A stretch of 49,537 bases of DNA, counting the filler, from Sphacelaria rigidula (Eukaryota): assembly GCA_964200075.2 (NCBI GenBank). It is 3 parts of 3 records of this genome, joined end to end, with 100 filler letters (N's around TTAATTAATTAA, not from the genome) between each part and the next. Parts side by side here need not be neighbours in the genome. Positions count along the whole stretch, not along the records: positions 1 to 16,448 come from CAXNAA020001354.1; 2 more parts are not named here. One strand, given 5' to 3'. The notes under the pieces were generated by a model, which was not told where the DNA came from, searched no databases, and was given only the letters and a program-made list of their open reading frames with translations. This document shows positions 1-12,249 of this stretch, one piece after another. The stretch's first letter is position 1; every line of letters begins with the position of its first letter. Both the position numbers and the translations under genes were made by a program.

Positions 1-512
1 TGGACACAATCCCGGGGAGCGGTGGATTCTCATTTCAAAATACCCTCTCATTTTTCTGGCAACCCTGTTAACAGCTGATTACATACACACATGGACACAC
101 AAACTTAGCATCGGGGCTGTCTTCAGCGTGAACCTATTTCATCGTACCGAAACTTTTACGCAAGATATTTCACTCCCTCCATTTGCAGTACTACGATACT
201 AGAGCTTAAATTTTTCATTCCCCCGAAACTTGAAAAGTTTTCGACTCACCAACTTGCGATCAAATATGTGGTGGAAAAAAATCTCAGAACACGGGACAAA
301 AAAAAGACTACACTTCATCCTCAAGGATTTTCTTGTTTCTGTGTTGAAAATCCTCGTGCCGGGGAATATATACGATACCATTTTGACCCCGCCCTCCTTA
401 CCTCCCTGCGGACCCCACCCGCTTCCCTGCTTCCCCCTCGCCACATGTCGTGCATCGCTCGAACCAACTCAATAAAAATAAAACCAATCGACGACAAACA
501 AATGAAACGCAG

Positions 513-3500
513 GTGAATCCCGTAACCACGGGAGCACAGAACGGGGACGGGACGCGCCGCGGTAGCATCAGCAGGTCCGGGTCGGGCTGCGACGGGTACG
601 GTAGTGCCTTAGACGACCGCGCGTCGGATTTCGAGGACGAACCGGTGCCGTACTGCGAGAGCCACCTGGAAGAGCTGCAAGATGCGCCAACGCCGGTCGG
701 TCACCTTGTCGATCGCGTTCAGGTACTATGACTGCTACTATGACTGCTACTATGACTGCTACTATGACTGCTACTATTACTTCTTCTTTTTCTTCCGTGT
801 GTTCATGTTTGTTTTCAAGGCACACTTTCAACTCCTCCCCTTCCTCGGGATGAATCCGTGCTCCAAAGGGAGCCAACTGTTGTATGCCTCCCCGGTACAC
901 GCCTTGCATTTTGGTACCGCAGATCGGATCATGACTATCAGTGCTGCCGCACAGCGCTGACTCCCGTTGAACAAAAATTCAGTCGCGCAATATTTTGTTT
1001 GGCTACTCGCGCCCTCGCGCTTTCAACGACAGAAATCGGATACTTGAAGGGGAAAAAAAGAAACGCAACTAGCAAGGTTCGAACCCGTGTTCTTCGCACC
1101 CTAATGGTGTCATTTGCAGCATTGGACCGCTGGGGTTCGGTGGCTCCTACTACTGCTGCTGTAGAATGCTGGGTCTGTGTTGACGAACAGAAGTAGACAT
1201 ATTGTGGTAGTAGTTTATCTGTGTGTATCTGGTTTTGTCTGGTCTTGGTTATGTGTGAGGGGTACTTACGTCACTGCAGTATGGGGTGTTGTACTTCATA
1301 TTGTTTTAGATAACAGGAGAGTCGCATCGTATGCTCCTGTTGTAATGCTTCTCTGTGAAAAGGTGGGTCCTCGGTGGACACTTGCGGTAAAAGTTTCCCC
1401 TTTTTGTGTGGCGGTCCCCACATCACCCCTCCCCGTTTGTAAGCCTCTTCGAACGTTTGTTCTAACAGGAAGAGGCTTGTAGAAGTAACCTTTTTCACCG
1501 TCTAGCAGTGAGAATGTACACCGTTTTTCACTGTTTCTCTTTATGTTTATTGGGTCTACAATCCAACAGTTCCCGCAGGAAATGTTTCCTTGCGTCTGTC
1601 AGCGCTGCTTCGAAGTGTTGTGTTTTCTCCCACCATTTTTACGACTTTTTGTCCTCGCTTAAATATTCCGTTGCTTCTTGGTGGGAGCCGGGATTCGAAC
1701 CCCTATGATGTCGCCAATGTGAAAAGGTGGTTCCTCGACGGACACTTGTGGGAATTCTCCCCTTTTATGTGGTGGTTCCCACATCTCGTTTTTGTTGTTA
1801 TCGCTGTTGTTGTTTATTGCCGGTCTTTCTTGGTTTTTGTAAAATCCCTCGTTTCTCTCTCGATGCGTTCTTTTAGTTTTCAGAACCACATCGAGAAACA
1901 TCACGGCTTGGCGCAGCAACTACCTGAAAACGACTTTCAACTCGGTAAAGGTATACAGTAGAGGACTACTGTCGCCGCATCGCTCTCCTCGTCAAATGCA
2001 GCCAGGGTTACGTAGCCGCAGCCCAGCGCACCCTCCTACTCAATCGACACGGCACATAATTTACATACGTATACGACGCTAGTGAAAAAACACAATATCA
2101 CGGCATGAGCTAGCCCGACAAGTCAAGAACAGACTGGTAAATTCAACTTTGGTCGTTAAGATAATCATATTCACCAGTAACTCCATGTAGGCCATGATGC
2201 GGACGTTTGTGTTCTCCACTACTTCATTCCTTCCACCGTTCATTCGCGAATGACCGCTCTTTGAACAAGCAGTGTCTTCCGCCTATTTGCCGACTTGACT
2301 GGGTACACACGTCTATCTTGAGACCACGGCTCAAGTTTCAGCAGATCAGGTCTTGTAGTACGCGACCAACAATCAGCACAGTATATGGATCAATATTTCA
2401 ATCAATACACCAATCTCGCAGCAAACTATCCCGAAAATAGCTCCACAGTCGAAGGCTCAAGAAACAGGCTCAAGTTTGAACATTATTGTATCCTCTTACC
2501 ACGGAAGACTGGCTACCAGGAGGGCGGTGCTCGTGCTCCATGATTGTTGTAGAGTCTGGATTCGGGGATGCTGTGTGGAGCCAACACAGATCAATAGTTC
2601 TCGGGAGAGTGAGTCCCTCATAGGGACCAGACATCTAGAAAGCTGGTGGTCGTGGAAAATTATTCTCGTGGATACTGTCTAGGATACCGGAATACGGAAA
2701 CCTAGAGACACCAGGGACGTTCTCTCCATATAAGCTATTACCTATTGTTAGGTTCGTCGCCAGATAAACTCGATGCTTGTAAAATATCGCAACTGACTCC
2801 CTCCCCCCCCCGCCTACTACCGATACCGCTACCGCCGTCACCGTTGCGAACACACTTGCCCGTGCTTACTTTCCATCGCTTCGCCGCTGCAGTTCCTTCG
2901 CAACAAATGCCGCCAGGGACTCGGCGAAGAGAAGTTCGAGCGTGCTTTGGACCTCCTGAAGCGCATGTCTGAGGGCGACGGCAAGGTTTCCGTGGAAGGG
3001 GTAGAGTACGACGGCAACGACGACGAAGAAGTGAGCCTTGTGTGCCGGTTGTATATCCGTTTTTGTGACTCTCCTCAGCCCGCGATGATGGAAAATAACA
3101 ACATGCACATGCAGCAACGACGGTAGTAGTGCATATCAAATTTATATGAAATCCACGGTACTTGAAAATTCCTCACCGCAGGTCGCCGGCAGGAAAGACT
3201 ACATAGGCGATGAAAAAACTCAATATGTGGATCACCGACCTATGGTGTAAAATTATGGTACTCAACATTTTGATTGCAATATCGCCGCGCCCCGGTGGTC
3301 CGATGGTCCAACGGCCACCATTAAGGCGGGGGGCACGCGGCGGGTTCAATCCCCGCCAGATTCGTTTGGCAGTTTCGTTTGAAGCATCTGACTTCTACCC
3401 TTGAAAGCGTGAGGACATGGGTAGGCGAAAAAAAGAGTGTGACTGAGTTTGTTTGACGAGAGGTGACGCGAAGCGCTGATCCAATCCGCGATATCAAAAT

Positions 3501-6500
3501 GCAAGGCATGTACTGTACCGGGGAGAAATTGGTTGATCCCTTGAGACCACGGACGCGTTGCGGAGAAGGGGAGGGGTTCGAAGCGTGACGAAAGACACAC
3601 AAAACTGCACGAACCGAGCAACATCTTCTTGCGGTACCTTCTTGCATGGGGAATAAACACAATAGGGTATACCCTGTGTTTTTGGGGCTCAAAACTAGGA
3701 AAGCGCGCTCTCCGGTTCGGGGCGCAGCGCTCAACACCGACTTGGCAGCTCTAAAGCACGTTCCAGCGCCTCAACCCCACGCTCAATGTGCTTGAGCAGC
3801 ATCCCCAATCCTCTTTGTTTCACCCATGTGGAACAGTGTTAACCAGGACGCGGAAAATGTGAGTTCGATACAGCACTCTATTTGTATCCACAAACCCGGG
3901 GGGTACATCCCATTGTCAGCTAAAACATTTTATGGTGCCCTATTTTGTTCACGTTCATACCGATCTTTGATGAATGGTAACCCTCTTGCGGGCTTCCTAG
4001 AGGACACCATAGCCAGTCCCAAGTACAACCCCGTTTTGTCAATCTACATCTTGCCGAAAAGGCCGAAAACCTCAACGAGCAAGAAATTGTGGTGTGTTGC
4101 TGGTTGCTGCGCAGACCCAAAAGATCCGACAATGTGTACCCGAGTGACTGGTTGTTCTCCGGGAAGAATCACAGAGGTCTCAAGATGTGTGAAAAAATCG
4201 CCGCCATACGCCTACACAACGGCATCATGATGTGCCACACGTCACCGCGCAGTGGAATGAATCATGTCGGTGCCCCTTCCAAACGATGTTTGGCAGCAGC
4301 GCGGCGCCTTCGCTTGCCTTCCGTCAACGACGAATGTTTCACCCCAGTTGATCTCCCGCAAAAAAAAAAGACGTGTACGGCTGGCCGCTGGTGAATGTTT
4401 CCGCATTTTAGAGGGTCTGCAAGATATGGTTCGTTACGGATGAGTCCAAAGACGTGCGTCCGGCATGAATTGGGTCTTGATCGTACGCGTTGTCGCGTCG
4501 TGGAACCATTGTGAACCCGCCTACATCCTGGGGCATATGTTTTGCTTCACGGTTCACGCTGTGCGCATGCTGCTAAACTTGCGGACAATGGGGGGACGCT
4601 CGAAAATGCGGATGACGTGTGATGTATTAGCGGACACCCGTGTGGGTTCGTCCTAGTTCTGATCTTTTGGATCTGCGGAGCAACCAGCAGTAGACCGGAA
4701 TTTCTTGCTCATTGGCTTTTCGGCCAATTCGGCAAGGTGTAGATTGACAAAATGGTGGTATGTTTGGGGCTATTCAGGGTGTCCTGTGGGAGGTCCGCAG
4801 GAGGGTCAAAATGAACAAAAACGGTTATATACGTGAGGATAAAGGGGGTATACCCACGAACAAAATAGGGTACCATGTGAATTTCAGCTGAGAGTATGAG
4901 ACAACGCGCGGATTTGTTGACAAAATGGTGGTGCTCAAACAAGCTCACCTTTTCCGCGCCCTAGTTTACCCTGTTCTCATGTGTATAAACGAACAAGGCT
5001 GGGCATGCTGTCCAAGCACGTTGGGCGTGGGGCTAAGGCGGTGGAACGTGCTTTTGGATGTATCCAACCGGCGTGCAGCGCTGCGCCCCGAACCGGAAAG
5101 TGCTCTACCCTATTTTTCCCCTAGAATCGTATGGTATACCCCATTCTGCATATTCCTGTTCATTCAATTGTTCACGGCCTACGAATTGAAATAGTAAAAT
5201 GCATGTTTTCGGCATCTCGACCAAACTATAAACGTGGAGTTTACATGTTGTTTTCTGTTTTTTAAATTAAATCGATTGCAAGGGGTGTCAAGGAAAAATA
5301 TAGGTATCGTAATGGAAACCTGAACATTTTCCCTCCGAAGGCGATTCTCCCATGTAGCTTTAAATCGTGACACTTTCTACGATAGTCCCCGCCGAAAAAA
5401 AGTGGCTGACTTGGGGAGGCAACATCTACACGTAAATCGAAATGAAAAGAACCGAGCAGAACGAGCAGCTGGGAATTTCCACGCCTAATACAGCCTCAAA
5501 CCACAAATCAGGCGCTGTATGTCCATTTTCTTTTGGACAATTTTGGGCTGGTGTTGGGGGGGAGCTGTCGTGGAAAAGTGTTTCGTACGGTACGGCTCAC
5601 GAATATACTGTTTGGGTTGCTGTGATCATTTGGATCACATTTTTCACGCCCAAGCCGCATGGTTGCCATGGCAAAAAATGACACGCATGTGTTGACTGAG
5701 GCAATTTTAGGTGGTCTTTTATCATGTAAGAAACCAAAGGAGCATCAGTCTGTCTTGAACCGGCTCAAGCCACATTAACAGAATCAGCAGGCTTTTAATC
5801 ACCTGCGAATACAGCCGACATGTATCCGCTTTGACTGATCATCTGGCTCATGTGGTGGGTAGCAATGGAGGTTTACCTCTGTCCAACTCTAGACATCCGT
5901 GACCTGTGCAGATGTTGCATAAAATTTAGGTTACATCTTCCATACAATACATGGGTGCGTACACAGTAAAGGCAGTATCTAGTATAAACTCGACACACAG
6001 TATGCAAGGCATTCGATCGATCTTCACATTATTACTATAAATGTTGAATGTGCCGCTGGCACCGCACGCACGCTTGAAAAGGGATCAAAGCTACAGGCAC
6101 ATCGTTCGCGTTTCTTCGCCTCAGCGCATCCGCGCATCATACCCCCCCCCATCGTCCGGTGTTGCTTGAAGAGCCCAGCCAACACCCTGCTGGAAACATG
6201 GTATGGCAAGTAAAACACGGGAAGAGGACGAGTGGAACAGGCCAACGATACAGCGTTTCTGACGAAAGGAAACGACGTTGTTTTTGTCCCCAGAAGGCTC
6301 TTCCTCGCCATTATTGTTGTTGAGAATGTGCCACCGACACACCGTGTGTGTGCTCTGGCTACTCTTCGAACAGTCACCCCTGCTGCTCTACCCGTCGTCT
6401 CGTCCGTCTCCGTTGTTGTGTTGTCGTGTGCGTCGCTTGTCGGTGTGTGCGTTTGTCAGGTGGAAAGGATGCTAGTGACAGTGATTGGCAAGCACAAGCT

Positions 6501-6543
6501 CCATTACTGGAACCTTTTGGACCAACTGCTCCTCATGTCTTGA
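513..6543 (+). CDS. 3' exons of a protein with a NIMA-related kinase (NEK1/4/11-like) C-terminal helical motif; 5' part, including any kinase domain, is outside the contig
   Basis: Three phase-0 exons with AG/GT borders: 513-722, 2893-3030, 6460-6543 (stop). Spliced peptide ...GHLVDRVQ|FLRNKCRQGLGEEKFERALDLLKRMSEG...DGNDDEE|VERMLVTVIGKHKLHYWNLLDQLLLMS* resembles the NEK C-terminal pattern LRxxxxxxLGxExFxxxYxxLK...DQLL. Kinase domain not seen. Confidence 0.7.
724..780. repeat. 12-bp tandem repeat (TACTATGACTGC) x about 4.5
   Basis: Directly visible just after the exon donor at 723; lies at the 3' tail of the minus-strand SINE copy. Confidence 0.9.
781..1136 (-). mobile_element. tRNA-derived SINE copy
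   Basis: Reverse complement begins CCCCAGCGGTCCAATG...GGGTTCGAACC (A-box and B-box like) and shares the core CCCTCCCCTTCCTCGGGA..TCCGTG..GCCTTGCATTTTG.TA.CGC.GAT.GGATC with copies near 3289, 20649, 21705, 28321 and 44071. Confidence 0.7.
1350..1790. repeat. Direct repeat pair (~1353-1425 and ~1718-1786) with a tRNA 3'-end-like segment at 1679-1703
   Basis: TGTGAAAAGGTGG.TCCTCG..GGACACTTG...CCCACATC occurs twice; 1679-1703 reverse complements to GGGGTTCGAATCCCGGCTCCCACCA. Confidence 0.6.
3289..3604 (+). mobile_element. tRNA-derived SINE copy
   Basis: Head GCCCCGGTGGTCCGATGGT...GGGTTCAATCCCCG, shared core GTTGATCCCTTGAGACCACGGAC...GAAGGGGAGGGGTT, A-rich end. Confidence 0.7.
3650..5156. mobile_element. 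Non-autonomous foldback DNA element with ~480-bp diverged terminal inverted repeats (possibly Mutator-like)
   Basis: ~3650-4130 is the reverse complement of ~4655-5156, e.g. TCCGGTTCGGGGCGCAGCGC vs GCGCTGCGCCCCGAACCGGA and TTTTGTCAATCTACA vs TGTAGATTGACAAAA. No clear TSD. Confidence 0.75.
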
Positions 6544-6697
6544 TCAAGAAGGAGAGGACAACGACCAAACTAAACACAAGCTTCACTATTCCTGGAAACG
6601 TTCGGGAACAAATACCGCTGCATATAGTCGTACCTTGATTGGAAACGAAAAATCACAAAAACAAGAACGAAAAACGTGCGTTTTTGTTTTTGCAGAA

Positions 6698-6855
6698 GAT
6701 TGGATTAGATCGAGTTAAATTGGATTTGATTTGATTCTGATTGTTCGCGTTCTCCCTGCCTTCATTAAGCTAATGCGAATCGCGAAGATTACATTGGATT
6801 GGATTAGTTAGATTGAATTGGGTTGGATTAGATTGGATTTGATCTGATTTGATGG
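6698..6855. repeat. Degenerate (GATTG/GATTT)n microsatellite
   Basis: Two visible runs of GATTN pentamers. Confidence 0.75.
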
Positions 6856-9800
6856 GTCGTTCTTCTTGTACGGTTCGTGTATTTTTTGTTTTCCTCTTTT
6901 TCTTTTGCCGTCGTCGTCGTGGTCGTCGTCGTCATTTTTGCTCCAAATAGTCACATTTCCTTTCTTTCCTGCTCGTCTGTGGCACCTTGATCAGCAGAAC
7001 GAAATAACCTGCTCCTATACTATTTTTCTTACTGAAAGTGACAGGCGTTTGCGTGCACGGGGGCAAGGCATGAAGACTGCCACACTGTTACCAAAATACA
7101 CACACGAATATCACATTAGCCATGGACGAGCGTGATCCTACAGGAGAAGGGGGGCTGTCGGATGACACAAACAAGCGGGGATGGCGGGCGTGTTACACAA
7201 CCCTACACACTCGTCATGGGTTTGCATGTATATGTGGGTGACAACATTAGACGGCGTGAATTACGGCGTGAATAATGTGCGCAATGTTGGTACGAGTAAC
7301 AGTTTTGACTACACCGAAGCTTCAAACTAGCTTCCTCGCGCAGGACGTGGCTCGAAGCCCCCCCCCCGCTTGTTATCTTAGGTTCACTCACAAACAGAAA
7401 ACCTGCCGCCACCACCACAAGCACCACCATCACTAGCGATACTGCTTCGACGACCTCCACTGCTACGACTAGTAGTAAAAACTACTGCTGCGGCTCCTGC
7501 TGTGCTGTAGTGTAATCCAGCAAAAGCTACTACTGTGTCTACTGTGGTGTGGGTACAGTCTCGTAGTCGTTTCGTGCTCGTCTGAGGTGGACCACAGTAG
7601 TAGTAGTCGTAGTGGTAGTAGTAGTAGACACCGGTAAAGTTCGAGAGAGCTGTTTCCTCATCATTCCCCCACTGCGGTGACCAGCATTCTTTTGTTTTTT
7701 TTGTATCAATTTCTCTCGGTCCATGTGGTCGTGGGAGACGTATGTGTGAGCGTGTATAGTGCGTTTTCATCTTCACATGCTTTTGGATGAAGATCACAGC
7801 AGTAACGGTACAAGAAATAAGAAATGTACCTTACGCGCGCGTAAAAGTAGTGGTGGGTTTGCACAGCTATAGGATGGACTACATCTATCTGTGACATGTT
7901 ACTAGCTAGCAGCAAATACGTTTTGTTTTCATCTTCATCAGTTGACAACGTTCACTGAAGGATGTTTTCTTCTACATAGGTATATGGATATTGATTATTT
8001 TCCATTGAGAATTATATTCGTGTACTCCTGGCTATCTTCCTTCAAAATATTTCATGTGTGTCTGTGTCGAAAATATCTGATAATGTCGGTGTCCGCCAGG
8101 TTTACGTGTGCTGTTGTGTTGTAGAGCCCACGAACCCGGACTGGGTTTACCGTGACGTCAACTCTATGGTAGGCATGCGCTGTCAACATAGGGAAGACAA
8201 CGAGTGGTCACTGTTCACAGAGAGAGGTGTCGACATGCACGGGTGGCGAATTGAGTACAGTATTTCCAGCCCATAGATACGTGTATTTGCCTTGGGTGCG
8301 TCTGTATCCGCACAACGATACAGTGGTGTATAGCAGTCCGTCGATTACCTCGTCAGAAAAGAGGCTTTCGTACCTTACCGTGAGCGCTTGTATCCGTACC
8401 GACAAGCAGCTCACACCATGCACGTTGAACATATCTGTGGATTTATTCCGGCGGGTTCACTGCAGTGCAGCCCACACCACTCCTGGGTCGTGATGGTATC
8501 GTTTCGCGCCAGCGAGACACAGCACTCCATTTTCAATGAGAAACCGAATTGCGGCATTTTGTATTGGTGGGTCTTCCACTCTTTGATGTGTGTAGAGAAA
8601 GCGAAAGACGGCGAAATAAATAAATAAATGTCGGTATCATTTCCTCTCTTTTTCCTCGATACCATTGTCGCAGTAGTGGTTTTTTTAATGTCATTAATTG
8701 AGTGTCATGAGGCTCAGAAGAAGCGTGGGATACCTGCATGCGGGCTGATGGATTCATGGGGTTTTCATAGGTCCATCTCAGGCCCGCGGTGCAAAACTCC
8801 GAGGAAGTAACGCGTCACAGTTTTTCGTCATGACGTGGTCTCTTTCAGACTACCATCCTATCCCTTCACCTTGGTCATTCCCGACCTTCCTCCCTTTCAT
8901 TGGACCGATATCTGTTCGATGTTACGCGATTAAAAGCATCGAACGAGAGAACATGAAAAGCTATCGAGAATGTGATGTGCTCATTCTTCTCGTGAGACCG
9001 AAGTGGTATGTGCGAGGAAAATCGAATGCAAGAGTGCCAGTTGCAAAAGGTGGCGGGAGGCGTCCGAGGTCTGCAACAAACAACATGGCATACATACAGT
9101 ATGCTATCAAGATGATGACCTTGTTGGAGAGACGGCAGAGTGAGGGGAGGCGAAGGGGGGAGTTCTTCGGATTTCCTTTGCCCTTGAAACAATGTGTCGG
9201 GAATACCTCTTTGCAGTAACATATCAGAGACTGAGGTCACACGTGTATAAAGAGCCAGAGCAAGCAGGTACAAGTGGGAACGGTCCGAATGGACCGGATT
9301 CCCGAGGGCCTGTAATGCCAACGAAACTAGACAACTCGGGGTGATGCCAGGAAAAGCCTAATGTTCAGGACGGTCCAAGATCCCCCGAGGAACTGGTCGC
9401 CTCCAGCGACCACTCTGTGTCTCACCCAACTTCTTGCCTATATCTCACAAGAGGAAATCATCGTCAGCTTCGGAGTTCCTTCGGCATCAGGGCGACATCT
9501 CTTGGGACAGCCTCTTCCTTTGTCCGTCCCACCTTGGATACGTCCTCCTTACAAATGCACAGTGAAGCAACCGTCGAGCAATGATCAGTGGTAAAGACAG
9601 TCACCAACCAACCACGGCGGCAATGAGAATTTGATATCATTCGCTGACCGAAATAAGAATGAATCCATTTTGTTCAACACCAACGCCGCGATCAACCACT
9701 TTGGTCGCACACACATGCAGTATATACAGTACTTCACATGTAGTAACAATCGCATCCGATCAAGCAGGCTTCGGGCAGTCACGTAACGATGCCGAGGAAG

Positions 9801-10427
9801 TGTGTCGGTAAATAAACGACCAGTTATGATACCGCGGCATGTAACAGCTGAGTGAAGGCTGCCCTTTCGTTGACGTGTGCTGAAGAATGTAGCCCAGCAC
9901 CTGTGAATTAATGTTTACAGGAAATGTACTGACTACAAAAAGTCAACGCCTGGCTTGTGTAGTACTCAACTCCCAAGCACCGTCCTAACGGCCGTGTGTT
10001 CACGTCTTACTGGAAGCTATAGTGGTGTTTAAGATTCTAGAGTCAAAAACATCATTGAGATCCTTCAAGTCGAATATTGCACAGTTCATCGCACTCGTCA
10101 TCACAAGCAGTACGAGAACGGGTGGCAGCTGGCAGACGTTATCCACATTTTAGAGCATTCATGGTACGTTACAGTTGAGGTCAACGACGCGCGTGCAGAA
10201 TATGAATCGGTTTGTGATCGCACGCGATGTTGCGACGTGTAACCATTGTAAACCCGCCTATGTCCTGGGGTGTGTGTTTTGCAACCCGGTTCACGCTACG
10301 CGAATGCTGTCTTTCCCAATAACCTGGGGACTTTAGCCTCTGCCAGGCGATCTGGACAAGAGGACTTCCAGCGAGGGACTACTCCAGTATCACTGGCCTC
10401 GTGCTCGACAAGTCCTTTCTTCTAACT

Positions 10428-10584
10428 TGTTACTATCACAGAGTAATCCTCAACAGATCACGAGCCAGACAGCAAGAGGCCACACAGCTAGGGCCATCAA
10501 TCTACGATCCCCTGTCTCCTGCCACTGCTCCAATCATGCATGCGATTCTGCTGAAATCTTACGGCTTGGTATCATTTGGTTACG
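10428..10584 (-). repeat. 3' LTR
   Basis: Ungapped match to 15680-15836, about 18 mismatches in 157 bp by manual count. Confidence 0.9.
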
Positions 10585-10749
10585 GCAACCTCAAAGCAAG
10601 TTCAAGACAAAACGAACGAGCTTGACAACCAACAAAAACCAAGGCGAAACCGCATGCGCCAGATCACAGAAAAATACCATACTCGGACGCTAATTTTCTT
10701 GTCAGCACCCCAGTCAACCGCATTTTGCGCAGTCCCTTCAAAACAAAAG

Positions 10750-12050
10750 TCAGCCGCAGAAGAATGAATGTTCCGAAGAGACTCCCACGTACGTTCCTCA
10801 GCACCGAACCCAACCCAATCGACCAAAACAATGGCCTCATCATTGTCATCCTCAGCGACGTGCACCAAAGTATTTATCCGACATTCACCTGGAGCGTACG
10901 AACGCTGAAATACATATTTTAGTTCCGCACTAATGTGCAACTGCGAGTCAGCATAGAAACGCAAACGAGCGACATGGGCCGGGTGTACGGCGCCAGAAAC
11001 AATGTTCTGCACCAAATACACGTGAGCGTGATCGACTCCGATCACTCGCCACGGACCTATCCATGTAGACATCAACTTGGGCGTCACACCTTGCCTACGA
11101 ACACGGGCATACAAGACGAAATCTCCAACGGCAAACTTGGGTAACACAGCCTGGCCCTGAGCAATCTTAAGTTTGGTTTCGCGAGACACCGCTACAGCAG
11201 CTTGGACTTCGTTAAAAAATCACACTTGCTCGTCAACCACGCCTCGAACCTTGTCACGCAACGTATCAGCATCCATGACGTCGACGTTCCCACTCGCCGT
11301 TAGTGACAGACGCCAGAGCGGAAAACGCGGTACGCGGCGCACGCCCAAACATCACACAATACGGAATGTTATAGTAACGTTCACGAAAAGAAGTATTCAA
11401 CGCCCACTGAGCGATTGGTGAAGTATCAATCCATTCAGACACCGGCCGTCTTTCTTCTGACAAAATGGATCGCAACGCACGAATAACCATGCCCGTCACA
11501 AGCACCATTCGACCAAGGGGTATACGCAACAGCAAATTGGTGTCGCACCTTGAGCGTGTCGCTCAGCTGCGCGATCATTTGATTCTTGAAGTGCGTGGCG
11601 GTATCACTAACCCAAACACGCGGCACCCCCAAAGTCTTGCACCAGTGCAGCAAGTGCTTAGCGGTAACCTCGGCGGTGCAAGCCTCGGTCGGCTCCAACT
11701 AAACGAATTGGACAAATCATCCATGACAACCAAAACGTACCGAAAACCATCCTTATCAGGCAAACGATTAGCACCTTCAGATCCGCTGTACAAAAATTCA
11801 AGGTAAACAACTTGATCTGGCGCTGTACCATGCACAGTATCGCCATACGGGCGAAGTACAATCTCACCAGCACGAGTGTCTACACGATGCAAGCACTGGA
11901 GAACGAACTCGCGAACGTGGGAATCCATGCGAGGCCACAAACAGTCTTCTTCTAAACGAAACAGAATCGGCGCCACACCACGGTGACCAGCCGACCGCAT
12001 GTGAGCGCGCACCATCAAGCGAGTTTGTCGAGCCTTATTATCCGACGGAC
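10750..12050 (-). pseudogene. Gypsy integrase plus chromodomain (disrupted)
   Basis: ORF fragments 11575-12183, 11435-11698, 11266-11535 and 10602-11189 carry the HHCC zinc finger, the core (WVSDTATHFKN, PWSNG), GPW and chromodomain motifs. Confidence 0.88.
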
Positions 12051-12249
12051 TCCACAAAACACCCCTTACTGCCAACACGCACGCGAAACAAGTCATCGTC
12101 AGCCAAGGCAGCTTGACCGAAAGTCGTAGGAAAAGAATGAACACCGTCGCCGACTGTTTTGCGCTGCGCGGTACGAATGACATCTACCGAGGGCAGCGAA
12201 TCTTCGGCATCACACGGGCTGTACACGGCAACAGAACGAAGAGGCACGG

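Noticed and set aside
1884-1950. Exon-like segment NHIEKHHGLAQQLPENDFQLG with AG/GT borders inside the NEK-like gene
   Set aside because: 61 or 67 nt would shift the frame, and exons 513-722 and 2893-3030 already join into the conserved motif.
3289-3360. tRNA gene
   Set aside because: A/B boxes are present but there is no convincing cloverleaf; it continues into a dispersed repeat body, so it is a SINE head.
10568-10575. TGGTATCA as a tRNA-iMet primer-binding site
   Set aside because: It lies inside both LTRs on the strand opposite to gag-pol and lacks the following GAGC.
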